IMG/VR virus record: IMGVR_UViG_3300025014_000002
Length of the DNA stretch: 64,000 bases
Origin: a virus
Strand: one strand, 5' to 3'
In this document: one piece after another, positions 48,774-58,800 of the stretch
How positions within the stretch are numbered: the stretch's first letter is position 1
Layout of the letters: every line of letters begins with the position of its first letter
Made by a program: the position numbers and the translations under genes
Notes under the pieces: model-generated
What the model saw: only the letters and a program-made list of their open reading frames with translations
What the model was told of the DNA's origin: nothing
Database searches by the model: none

Positions 48774-50834
48774 ATGGCTTCAAATAATAGAGTAGGAACT
48801 AAAACACCAAAATGGGTCAATCCAGCGTCAATTCCTGGAACACTCTTAAGTCCCGGACCGTATATTGGGGTCGTTAAAAATAATGTTGACGCTAATAGGT
48901 CTGGCAGAATAGAGGTATTCATTGAAGAATTTGGTGGCCTCGAAGGGCAGCCGTCACACTGGATAACAGTTCAGTATGCAAGTCCCTACTTGGGAGCATC
49001 GCGCTGGCCTGGCGTCAGGTCTGCTAAAAACAAAGAAAACACGTTCAAGACAGTAAACCATACTTATGGAATGTGGTTTACTCCACCTGACATAGGAAAC
49101 TTTGTGCTAGTAACTTTCGTTGGTGGCAAAATTTCACGCGGGTTTTGGTTCGCTTGCGTAATGCCTGAGCTAACTCACTATGCTATTCCGGGTATTGCTG
49201 GATCTAACTTTTTAAAACTACCTGATGATGCAGCGTTGGCAGCGGCGGTAGATCAACCGCCATATCCTGTAGTAGAATATAACGACGCTAATGAAGGAAA
49301 TATTAGCAGAGAAAATGAGTTTCTAACTATCCCCAAACCAATACATGAGCCACAGTTCCTTCACCTTCTTAAAGAAGGATTGGAGAACGATAAAAAACGC
49401 GGTGTATTAACTAGCAGTTCGCAACGTGAAAGCCCAAGTAGGGTGTTTGGTATTAGCACGCCAGGCCGCGACGGACCAGATAAAGATAAAGACACTCAGG
49501 CTGTTGAAAACAGACTCGGTGGGCATACGTTTGTAATGGATGACGGAGATGAAAGCGACCAAAATGACCTAATACGGTTGAGAACGGCTGCCGGCCACCA
49601 GATTCTAATGAACGATAGTGAAAAAGTGATCTACATTAGCAACTCGTCGGGCACTGTATGGATGGAGTTCACTGATGACGGCAAGATTCATGTATTTTCA
49701 GAATCTGACGTAAATGTGCGGTCCAATGGAACTCTTAATCTTCATGCTGAAAAAGACATTCATATGCATGCTAAAGAGAATATTACGATGTGGGCTGGCA
49801 CTTCGATACATGAGCAAACAAAAGACTTTTCCATCAAAGGAACAACTACCTTGAAGATGTTTGGGCAAGAGACTGAGTTGTCTTCGGGTAGCACTTTAAA
49901 GTTACAATCAGCTACAACTGGATCTTGGGCCAATGGTGGGGACTTGATTCTTTCAACTGGTGGCAAAATTTATCTCAACACAATGCCCGCCCCTAGCGTT
50001 CCTACTCCGGGCAATATACCAATCAACACGTTTAAAGAAACAATTCCGACAAAACCCGCGCCGATTTACAAGTATAAAGTTAATTCATCAATAACTTCTA
50101 CTGTAGCTGAACTGACCGCGCATGAGCCATGGGTCAAACATGCCAGTGGTGGAAGTAGTGCTGCCAGTGGTGGAAGTAGTGCTGCCAGTGGTGGAAGTAG
50201 TGCTGCCAGTGGTGGAGCACCTGGTGCTGGCCCTGCTGGTGCTAGCGGGCAAGGGGTACTTAAACCAACTATTACTAACGACGATATTTTAAAGCAAACA
50301 CCAGGAGTTGATAGTATTGGTAAGATGAACCCGTCTGACGTTGCGGCGTTAAAAGCACAGTTAGCTAAAACAGAGTCGGGTGGTAAGTATGATGCAGAAA
50401 ATCAGTTTGGTTATGTTGGAAAATACCAGTTTGGATCAGCCGCGCTGGCAGGTCAAGGATATATGAAGCCAGGGGTTAAACAAAGTGTTGCCAACATGAA
50501 TAACCCAGACAACTGGACTGGTAAAGATGGTATTCATAGTATAGCAGATTTTAAAGCAAATCAAGCGGTTCAAGAAAAAGTTATGGATACTAACTTAGAA
50601 AACAACTATAAACAACTTTTGAAAAGTAAAACTGTTACCTCTGATTCTAGTCCAGCAGACATTGCTGGTAAATTGTCAGTTGCCCACTTACTTGGTGCTG
50701 GTGGTGCAAGCAAATGGGCCAAGGGCGGTGGTGGGCAAGATGCCAATGGTACGACGGGCGATAAATACTATAACAATGGTAAATATGCAGTAGTGACGGC
50801 CGCTGCTAAAAACAATCCACCAACATCAGGATAG
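48774..50834 (+). CDS. gp5: Baseplate central spike (gp5-like) with C-terminal lysozyme-like domain
   Basis: OB-fold start GPYIGVVKNNVDANRSGRIEV; GHTFVMDD/GHQILMND beta-helix repeats; TESGGKYDAENQFGYVGKYQFG muramidase-like motif. Confidence 0.75.
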   Translation: MASNNRVGTKTPKWVNPASIPGTLLSPGPYIGVVKNNVDANRSGRIEVFIEEFGGLEGQPSHWITVQYASPYLGASRWPGVRSAKNKENTFKTVNHTYGMWFTPPDIGNFVLVTFVGGKISRGFWFACVMPELTHYAIPGIAGSNFLKLPDDAALAAAVDQPPYPVVEYNDANEGNISRENEFLTIPKPIHEPQFLHLLKEGLENDKKRGVLTSSSQRESPSRVFGISTPGRDGPDKDKDTQAVENRLGGHTFVMDDGDESDQNDLIRLRTAAGHQILMNDSEKVIYISNSSGTVWMEFTDDGKIHVFSESDVNVRSNGTLNLHAEKDIHMHAKENITMWAGTSIHEQTKDFSIKGTTTLKMFGQETELSSGSTLKLQSATTGSWANGGDLILSTGGKIYLNTMPAPSVPTPGNIPINTFKETIPTKPAPIYKYKVNSSITSTVAELTAHEPWVKHASGGSSAASGGSSAASGGSSAASGGAPGAGPAGASGQGVLKPTITNDDILKQTPGVDSIGKMNPSDVAALKAQLAKTESGGKYDAENQFGYVGKYQFGSAALAGQGYMKPGVKQSVANMNNPDNWTGKDGIHSIADFKANQAVQEKVMDTNLENNYKQLLKSKTVTSDSSPADIAGKLSVAHLLGAGGASKWAKGGGGQDANGTTGDKYYNNGKYAVVTAAAKNNPPTSG
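50141..50216. repeat. 21 bp tandem repeat x3.6 (ASGGSSA linker)
   Basis: TGCCAGTGGTGGAAGTAGTGC repeated exactly three times plus a partial copy. Confidence 0.95.
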
Positions 50835-50837
50835 CAT

Positions 50838-51194
50838 ATGGCACTCTATAATGGGTTTTCGACAGTTAACCGCAGCAAGAAGTTTGTAATACACGACTTT
50901 GAGCTGGCGAAGCAGGATTTAATGAATCACCTTTTTATTAAAAAAGGTGAAAAAATCATGGACCCTAACTTTGGAACCATAATATGGGGTGTGTTGTTTG
51001 ACCAGCTAACGGACGAACTCAGAGACGCGATATCAAAAGACGTGACTAAAATAGTTAACTCTGACCCTAGACTCGTCGCAAACAATATTACCCTAACTGA
51101 ATACCAACACGGAATTCAAGTGAAAATAGAGCTAACCTTTGTTGAAACTGATCAGAAGGATGTTCTCTACGTCAACTTTGCACAGTCAAAGTAA
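50838..51194 (+). CDS. gp25: Baseplate wedge protein (gp25-like)
   Basis: KQDLMNHLFIKKGEKIMDPNFGTIIW...DPRL motif. Confidence 0.85.
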   Translation: MALYNGFSTVNRSKKFVIHDFELAKQDLMNHLFIKKGEKIMDPNFGTIIWGVLFDQLTDELRDAISKDVTKIVNSDPRLVANNITLTEYQHGIQVKIELTFVETDQKDVLYVNFAQSK

Positions 51195-51214
51195 TATACT
51201 AATATTATCGCAAC

Positions 51215-51222
51215 GATAAATA
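51215..51222 (+). promoter_or_regulatory. Late promoter motif GATAAATA immediately upstream of the TnpB element
   Basis: Same motif as the other late promoters. Confidence 0.65.
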
Positions 51223-51289
51223 ACTATATAACTTCAATATAATTTATATAGTAAACTTAAAACATTAAATAAACTATATAATATAATTT

Positions 51290-52525
51290 ATGACTCAATT
51301 AGTTCTAAAAGCATTCAAATACCGAATCTATCCCACTAAGGAACAGACTAGTTTTCTAGACCGTAACTTTGGAGCGGTTAGATATATCTGGAACCAATTC
51401 GTTGCATCTTTCAATCATAATTTTATTGGTCCTTGTTTGCCTCAAGACGAAAAGTTCATTAAAGACCTACCCGGAAAAGAATTCTTGACTGAAGTAATTA
51501 GTTACGGTCTACAACAGAAAAGAATGGACTGGGTTGAATTCAAGAAGCAATTCTTTTCTAAAAAGAGAGCAGTCAAATTAGGTAGACCAAAGTTCAAGAA
51601 AAAAGGAGTTTCTAATGATTCATTTAAAATTCCAGGTCAATGTCTAAAATTTAATTCCTGTATAAATTTTGAGACTTCTAGAATCAAATTACCAAAGATG
51701 TCGCCTATTAAACTAGTTATCGATAGAAAATTTTCTGGATTGTTGAAATCGGTAACAGTATCAAAGAATAAAGCCAACCAATATTTTGTTTCGGTTCTAG
51801 TTGAAGAACCTATAGAGCTGAAACAAAATACCGGTAGGAGTATTGGTATTGATCTGGGTTTAAAAGATTTACTTATCTGTTCAACAGGCATGAAAATCAG
51901 TAATCCTAGATGGTTTCGTAAAACCCAAACGAAACTAAAAATAACTCAAAGAGCATTTAGTAAGAAAGTTAAAGATTCATCCAGATACAAACAGATGAAA
52001 CTTAAAGTGGCTAGACTTTATCTAAAAGTAACTAACCAAAGAAAGTTTATTTATGATAATCTATCAACTTGGTTAGTAAATAACTATGATACCATAATTA
52101 TGGAATCACTTAAAGTCAAGAATATGATTAAGAATAGAAAATTATCTAAGTCAATTCAAGATGCTTCTTGGTCTACTTTAATCGGAATGGTCAGCTATAA
52201 ATCTAACTGGTACGGTAAAACGTTCCATCAAATAGATACTTGGTTTCCTTCTTCTAAAACTTGTTCTTGTTGTGGTCATAAACTAGAATCTTTAGATCTC
52301 TCTATAAGAGAATGGACGTGTCCTAGTTGCAATACTAAACATGATCGAGATCTAAATGCTTCAGTAAACATACTCTATAAAGGTCTAGATGATCTTTATA
52401 GTTTAACATCGGCCGAATTAGCCGATTACAGATGTCGAGAGTCAGTAAATCCTAAAGTAGAAATACCAAAGGTAGATTCATTGAAACGTCTAGTCAGTTT
52501 TATAGATTTTTATAAAACGGCATAA
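51290..52525 (+). CDS. tnpB: RNA-guided endonuclease TnpB, catalytic residues apparently intact
   Basis: N-terminal KAFKYRIYPT..Q; RuvC-I GIDLGLK; RuvC-II IIMESLKV; zinc finger CSCCG/CPSC; RuvC-III HDRDLNASVNI. Confidence 0.92.
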   Translation: MTQLVLKAFKYRIYPTKEQTSFLDRNFGAVRYIWNQFVASFNHNFIGPCLPQDEKFIKDLPGKEFLTEVISYGLQQKRMDWVEFKKQFFSKKRAVKLGRPKFKKKGVSNDSFKIPGQCLKFNSCINFETSRIKLPKMSPIKLVIDRKFSGLLKSVTVSKNKANQYFVSVLVEEPIELKQNTGRSIGIDLGLKDLLICSTGMKISNPRWFRKTQTKLKITQRAFSKKVKDSSRYKQMKLKVARLYLKVTNQRKFIYDNLSTWLVNNYDTIIMESLKVKNMIKNRKLSKSIQDASWSTLIGMVSYKSNWYGKTFHQIDTWFPSSKTCSCCGHKLESLDLSIREWTCPSCNTKHDRDLNASVNILYKGLDDLYSLTSAELADYRCRESVNPKVEIPKVDSLKRLVSFIDFYKTA

Positions 52526-52529
52526 TTAT
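52378..52529 (+). ncRNA. omega-RNA scaffold overlapping the tnpB 3' end; predicted guide 52530-52549
   Basis: Expected location for a TnpB reRNA; hairpins ATCGGC/GCCGAT and GTTTTATA/TATAAAAC; conserved in the orphan copy. Confidence 0.7.
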
Positions 52530-52549
52530 CATAGTCAAGGATCAAAGCG

Positions 52550-55500
52550 ATGTCTTCATCATCACGTCAGCACAGTTTATTAGCCGCAGAGGATTGGAAA
52601 AAAATATACCAGACCTTCCGCGAAGCAGATTTTCAATCTTACGATTTCGAGACTCTGCGCAAGAGTATGATCGACTATTTGAAACTGTATTATCCAGAGG
52701 ATTTTAACGATTTCATTGAATCAAGTGAATACATTGCGCTGATTGATTTGATAGCATTTTTGGGGCAAAGTTTAGCATTCAGATCAGACTTAAACGCAAG
52801 GGAGAGTTTCATTGACACGGCAGAACGTCGTGACAGTATTTTGAAACTGGCTAGACTGATTAACTACAGTCCGAAACGAAGCATACCTGCGTCAGGATTT
52901 CTTAAGATTGAATCCATTGCTACTAGCGAAAAGTTAACTGATTCCACTGGAGTAAGTATTACTGGGCTTCCTATCACTTGGAACGACACTACAAATAACA
53001 ACTGGTTAGAGCAGTTTACGATCATTATTAACGCTGCTCTAATAGATAATCAAACCATTGGTAAATCAGGGAATTCACAGTTAATCAATGGAATAATGAA
53101 TTCTGAATATACCGTTAACTTAACAACAAATACTCAGCCAACATTCGCGTTTAACGCCATTGTCAATGGAGCTCAAACACCATTTGAGATCGTCAGTGTC
53201 ACCTCCGTTGGGCAGCAATACATTTATGAAGTACCACCTATAGCAAATAACAGATTTAATCTGTTATATCGCAACGATAACCAAGGCAACGGTAGCATAA
53301 ACACTGGATTCTTCCTATATTTTAAGCAAGGAGCATTGAGCACACTAGATTTCAACCTTGAAGAATCTTTGGCTAACCGTGTATTAACAGTTGGGTATAA
53401 TGGAATCAACAACTCAGATGTATGGCTATACTCATTAGATGTAAATGGTGCAGTTGATGTTAAATGGACACCTGTACCAACGGTTGCTGGCATCAATGTA
53501 ATATATAACAAATCCGTAGATAAAAATCTATTCCAAATCAATACTACTGTTAACGATAACATTGACTTAGTGTTTGGAGATGGAGCATTTTCGAATATAC
53601 CTGTTGGAAACTTTAGATTGTATTTTAGAACAGGGAACGCCCAGGCATACAAAATTTTACCAACTGACATTCAAAATACTTCATTCTCGATTCCCTATGT
53701 GTCACGAGCTGGAAATGTCGAGACCTTGTCGATCTTCGCATCATTGAACTACACCGTGTCTAATGCTACTGCTAGCGAAACATCTGAAGAGATTAGGCAA
53801 AAAGCGCCACAACAATACTACACTCAAGGTAGAATGGTCACGGGTGAGGATTACAATATTGTACCATACACAAACTATGCTAATATATCTAAAGTAAAAG
53901 CAGTTAACAGATCAAGTAGTGGGGTAAGCAGATTCATTGATGTAAACGATAGCAGCGGGAAATATTCAAGTACAAACATCTTTGCTCAGGATGGTGTTCT
54001 GTACAAAACTGCTCAAGACTACGAACTAAAACTGTCTTTCTTGAATACGAACACTATCGGGCAAATCATCAGTGACACTGTGTCAAATATTTTGAACACA
54101 CGCGAACTACTTCATCGCTACTACGATGAAGTAACTGCCTATCAATATCCGAACGCAGAATGGGTAATGAGTTCATTAAATATTGGCGGTAGCACTGGGT
54201 ATTTTAAAAATATGTTGACTGGGCAAATACTTCAACTTGGAAATATTACCAGCACTGCTGGGTCACATATTAAAGTCGGGGCATTGATTAAATTCACTGC
54301 TGGAACAGGAAAATACTTTAATGCGCAAAACGTAATCCTTCGGGGTTCCCCAAGATTTGATGGAGACAAGTTATACATATATGCTTCAGTAGTTGCTGTG
54401 CTTGGTGACGGCACCAATGGTGGTATTGGTACTATGTTAAATGGCCAAGGGCCAGTGACATTAAGTATCAAAGTTCCGACGGGTGCGGCTGTTCATTCCA
54501 TTATACCAAGATATAGCAACACATTAACTACATTGACTATTCAAGAAATGGTTACTGCTGTTGCTGTGAAATCTAACTTTTATCTGAACTATAATGCGGA
54601 GCAGAGTATTTGGGAGTTAACCATTGGCAATGTATATGACAACAACTGGATTATTAGATTTGAAAACGTTGCTAACGTAGGGTATTCGGTATACTGGCGC
54701 GGACTATCATATATATTTGAAAGCAAGAAGGAAACGAAGTTTTATTACGACAATAAAGTCAAAGTATATGACAGCAAAACTAATACTGTTATTCAAGACA
54801 ATATTAAGTTTTTAAAAGTAAATGCACAACCACTGACTTCGTTGCCAATGGGGTTGGATTACCGCATGAACATACTGTCTAATATTACAGAGGCAGATGG
54901 GTATGTAAATCAAAATAAAGTAACCCTGACTTTTACTGATACCAATGCTGATGGAATTCCTGATGATCCATACATTTACAAAAGTTTAGTAGACAGCAGC
55001 AATATTGTATTTTTCAAGAAAATTATTAGTTATGATAGTTTTATTCAATGGGAGTCATTCGACTCTTCTTTAGTTGATACATTATATACTAGTGTTTTAG
55101 AGATACCTATTTCTCAATACAGCGAGGGGCAAGTATTTTATATTCAATCAACCACACCAGAATTTTATGTGTTAATGAATCTTCAAGGCGCTTACTCATT
55201 GGTAAGATCTACTGATTACGTGGCTAAGAACGGTAGAGACAACCTGTATTTCCAATATACGCATAACAGCCCTGGAAATAATAGAATAGATCCAAGCCCA
55301 AATAATATCATTGATATTTATGTGTTAACTAAGGAGTATGCGGAAGCGTATAATCTTTGGATTAAAGATACGACTGGAAAAATTGAAGAGCCATTGCCCC
55401 CAACTACTGAGGAGCTATCGTTAGAATACACTGGCTTACAAAAATTAAAGGCAATAAGCGATACAATAGTGTTAAGCTCTGCAAAGTTTAAGCCCTTATT

Positions 55501-55867
55501 TGGACCCACTGCCGAGTTGTCGTTACAAGCGACATTTAAAGTAGTTAAAAACGCGTCAGTAAACATAAGTGATAATGAAATTAAATCGCGTGTGATAGCA
55601 GCAGTGAACAGCTACTTTGATACAGCAAATTGGGATTTTGGAGAGTCGTTCTACTTTAGTGAGCTAAGTGCGTATCTTCACTCGACATTAAGTCCAGCCG
55701 CCTCATCTATTATTATCGTGCCTGTTGATGCAAAATCACTTTTTGGTAACCTGTATCAGATCAATGCTGAAGCTAACGAGATCTTAACTAGCTCTGCTAC
55801 AGTCGCTAACGTTGAGATTATCAGCGCAATCACTGCAGCAACTCTTAACGCGAACGTAGCAGGGTAA
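52550..55867 (+). CDS. gp6: Baseplate wedge protein (gp6-like)
   Basis: YDFETLRKSMIDYLKLYYPEDFNDFIESSE, FIDTAERRDSILKLARLINY, RMVTGEDYN motifs. Confidence 0.85.
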   Translation: MSSSSRQHSLLAAEDWKKIYQTFREADFQSYDFETLRKSMIDYLKLYYPEDFNDFIESSEYIALIDLIAFLGQSLAFRSDLNARESFIDTAERRDSILKLARLINYSPKRSIPASGFLKIESIATSEKLTDSTGVSITGLPITWNDTTNNNWLEQFTIIINAALIDNQTIGKSGNSQLINGIMNSEYTVNLTTNTQPTFAFNAIVNGAQTPFEIVSVTSVGQQYIYEVPPIANNRFNLLYRNDNQGNGSINTGFFLYFKQGALSTLDFNLEESLANRVLTVGYNGINNSDVWLYSLDVNGAVDVKWTPVPTVAGINVIYNKSVDKNLFQINTTVNDNIDLVFGDGAFSNIPVGNFRLYFRTGNAQAYKILPTDIQNTSFSIPYVSRAGNVETLSIFASLNYTVSNATASETSEEIRQKAPQQYYTQGRMVTGEDYNIVPYTNYANISKVKAVNRSSSGVSRFIDVNDSSGKYSSTNIFAQDGVLYKTAQDYELKLSFLNTNTIGQIISDTVSNILNTRELLHRYYDEVTAYQYPNAEWVMSSLNIGGSTGYFKNMLTGQILQLGNITSTAGSHIKVGALIKFTAGTGKYFNAQNVILRGSPRFDGDKLYIYASVVAVLGDGTNGGIGTMLNGQGPVTLSIKVPTGAAVHSIIPRYSNTLTTLTIQEMVTAVAVKSNFYLNYNAEQSIWELTIGNVYDNNWIIRFENVANVGYSVYWRGLSYIFESKKETKFYYDNKVKVYDSKTNTVIQDNIKFLKVNAQPLTSLPMGLDYRMNILSNITEADGYVNQNKVTLTFTDTNADGIPDDPYIYKSLVDSSNIVFFKKIISYDSFIQWESFDSSLVDTLYTSVLEIPISQYSEGQVFYIQSTTPEFYVLMNLQGAYSLVRSTDYVAKNGRDNLYFQYTHNSPGNNRIDPSPNNIIDIYVLTKEYAEAYNLWIKDTTGKIEEPLPPTTEELSLEYTGLQKLKAISDTIVLSSAKFKPLFGPTAELSLQATFKVVKNASVNISDNEIKSRVIAAVNSYFDTANWDFGESFYFSELSAYLHSTLSPAASSIIIVPVDAKSLFGNLYQINAEANEILTSSATVANVEIISAITAATLNANVAG

Positions 55868-55870
55868 ATA
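55864..55870 (+). promoter_or_regulatory. Late promoter motif GTAAATA
   Basis: Overlaps the gp6 stop codon, 20 nt upstream of ATG at 55891. Confidence 0.55.
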
Positions 55871-55890
55871 CATTACTACACTGTAAACCA

Positions 55891-58800
55891 ATGACAACAA
55901 GAACAATCAACTTTTTACCAGACGTCTTTAAGACCCCAGCAAATCAGAAATTTTTGAATGCTACTCTTGATCAGTTAGTCACTGAGCCGCAGTTTAAGAA
56001 ACTGAATGGATATATAGGTAGAAAGTTTGCACCGACCTTTAACAAAACTGACAACTACTTGCCTGAGAATTCTCGCAACAGAACCCAGTATCAGCTTGAA
56101 CCGTCCGTTGTAGTAACAGACGAGATTAAAAATGTCAAGTTTTTTGCTAGTTACACTGATTTACTAAACAAAATCTATTACTATGGCGGTAATATTTCAA
56201 ATCACTCTAGGTTGTTTGAAAATGAAGCATACTCATATGATGGGATGATAGATTTTGACAAACTGATAAACTTTAACCAGTATTACTGGATACCTGAAGG
56301 GCCTGCCGCAATAGAAATATACACAGGCGCAGTAAACTTATTTGATGACTTTGTAGTTACTCGTAATGACAGACTTGGCGCGTATCAAATATCTGGATTT
56401 GGTAGTGTTGAAAATCCAACTATTACTCTTGCTCGCGGTGGCACCTATACATTTCAACTTAACCAACCTGGGTCAAATTTTTGGATTCAAACTGAGCCAG
56501 GACTAGCTGGAAAGCAACGATACCAAAGAAATATTTCAACCCGTGACGTGTTGGGGGTAGATCGTAATGGTGCTGACAACGGTGTTGTCACCTTCACTGT
56601 TCCTCAAGCAGACGCTCAAGACTTTTTCAAGCGTATGCCTACACTCCCGCTGTCAGAATCTGACAGATCGTTGGCTACTAACCTAACTTATGATCAGATT
56701 GATTCACAACTGTGGAGCAACATAGTTGCGAAATTTGGGGGCATTGACGGTATAACTGACGCCTCCCTATTACAAAATACTCCACGAATTATATTCCTTC
56801 AAAATCTAATAGAGCCAACAACTTGGAATGATGCTGGAGTATATAATCGTGCTGACTACGGAGTAGAAAAATATGATGAAGGACAAGATATACCACAATC
56901 AAAACAATTTGATATATGGCAAATAAATCTTGAACCTACTGATGACGGCGATTATATTGTTAACATCGATTGGAATGCAACATTTCCAGTTTCAAACAAA
57001 ATACACATCACTACCGGTAATGAAAACGCAGGCAGAGATTTTTATCGCAAGGATTTGTCTACTATTGAATTAGTTCCAGCTCTAACTGCTGAAAAAGATT
57101 TGTTATTTTTCAATGACGGAACTGATCAACGGTTTTACGGGCAAATAAAACTAGTAAATGATACTTCATCTATAATTGATGTGACCGATATTATTGGTAA
57201 AAAACAGTACTCAATAAAAGTTGGGGAAAAGACGCTGACACTGTCCAACGGAATGAAAATTAAATTTAACGCTGCGGTGACACCAGCAAGTTATATTAAC
57301 AATTTTTATTATGTTGAAGGAGTTGGAAAATCTATTAGATTAGTCAAAACTGATTTGATGCAAACTCCGGAGTTGGATTTTAAAGGTATTACAACTATTC
57401 CGTTTGATATTTATGGTTATAGTATTGACAACTTTGATCAAATTTTAAACGGACCGACGAATCCAGACTATATTACTATCAACAGGTCGTCAGTTGATGC
57501 TAATGCGTGGTCAAGAAGTAATAGATGGTTCCACCAAGATATTATTTTGCAATCTGCTATATTTAACAATGTTGACCCTGACTATAATCAAGCACTCAGA
57601 GCTACTAGACCTATTATCGAGTTTGACCCAGATTTACAGTTGTTTAACAACGGTAGGATTGGTGGGCATGCCATTGATGTTGTTGATTTTTCCATTACTG
57701 ATGCGTTGGTATATATTGAAGGCACCATCTCAACATATTTCACTGATCTAAAGTTTTCTGATGGGATGACCGTCATTTTTGCCAATGATAAAGATCCGAC
57801 CGTAAGAAATAGGATTTATAAAGTAAGGATAGTTTCGGTTAACGATGAAGTAAGAGTACACTTAGTAAAAGTGGGTGATATTTCGCCGTATGATGTAGTT
57901 ACCCCAAGAATGGGAATAACACTGCCATTGATACCTTTACTAAGCACCACCCCATATGAAGCTACTTATAATCACAATAACCGGCAGATAGATATTACTG
58001 CAGTGGGAGCCTCGAATTTTAAAACTATATCTGACATATCCTTAGACGGCGTCATGAGTCCAACGATTGGTATTACGCTTGGCCACAGTTTTTGGTTCAA
58101 CGGCAACACTTGGACACATGCGCAGCAAAAAACAAATATCAACACCATGCCACTGTTTGATGTTGTGGATGAAAATCTGGTTAGTTTTTCCGATCAAACT
58201 GTGTATGCAAACACTGAGTTTGCGGGCTCGCCAATATTTTCTTATACCTTAGGTAGTGGGGTTACGGACTCGGTGTTGGGGTTCCCAATAGCATATCGCA
58301 GCATTGCTAATACTGGTGACATCTTGTTTACAAACAATGTTGACGCAGATTCATTCAACTACTTGTCTGGCATTACCACAACTTCAATCAAACTGAATAC
58401 TGGATTTGTACCAGTTATCGCTTCAAGATTTCAGCTTAATAAGAAAAATGTTTGGGTAACTGAAGATCAAAATACAAAACAATATCAGCTGTTTTCTAAT
58501 ATTTGCGACGGAGTTACATCATATTATGAGATAGATATAACTCCAACTAACCTTACCAATATGCCTTCAGTATTTTTGTATATTAATGGTACGTTGATAC
58601 AAGAACGCGATTCAGAAAACAATACACAATATGAGATCGTTAAAGTAGGGGATGTTTCTAGTGGTGTTCCAGCAGTGCTGACATTGTATGTAAAATACCC
58701 TATCGTAAAAGATGACAGGGTAGATTTTTTAATCTACTCTACTACATCATCTAATATTGGATATTACGAAATACCAGAGAATTTGGAGCTAAATGCACTG

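Larger units (their letters stand above)
51223..52529 (+). mobile_element. TnpB-only (IS1341-like) element inserted between gp25 and gp6
   Basis: Ends defined by homology to the mini-element at 38651-38902; no transposase gene in the element; boundaries uncertain by a few nt. Confidence 0.8.

Noticed and set aside
51000-52600. A TnpA (Y1 or serine) transposase partner for TnpB
   Set aside because: No ORF with HUH/Y1 or serine-recombinase motifs was seen near either element or elsewhere in the window; it could lie outside
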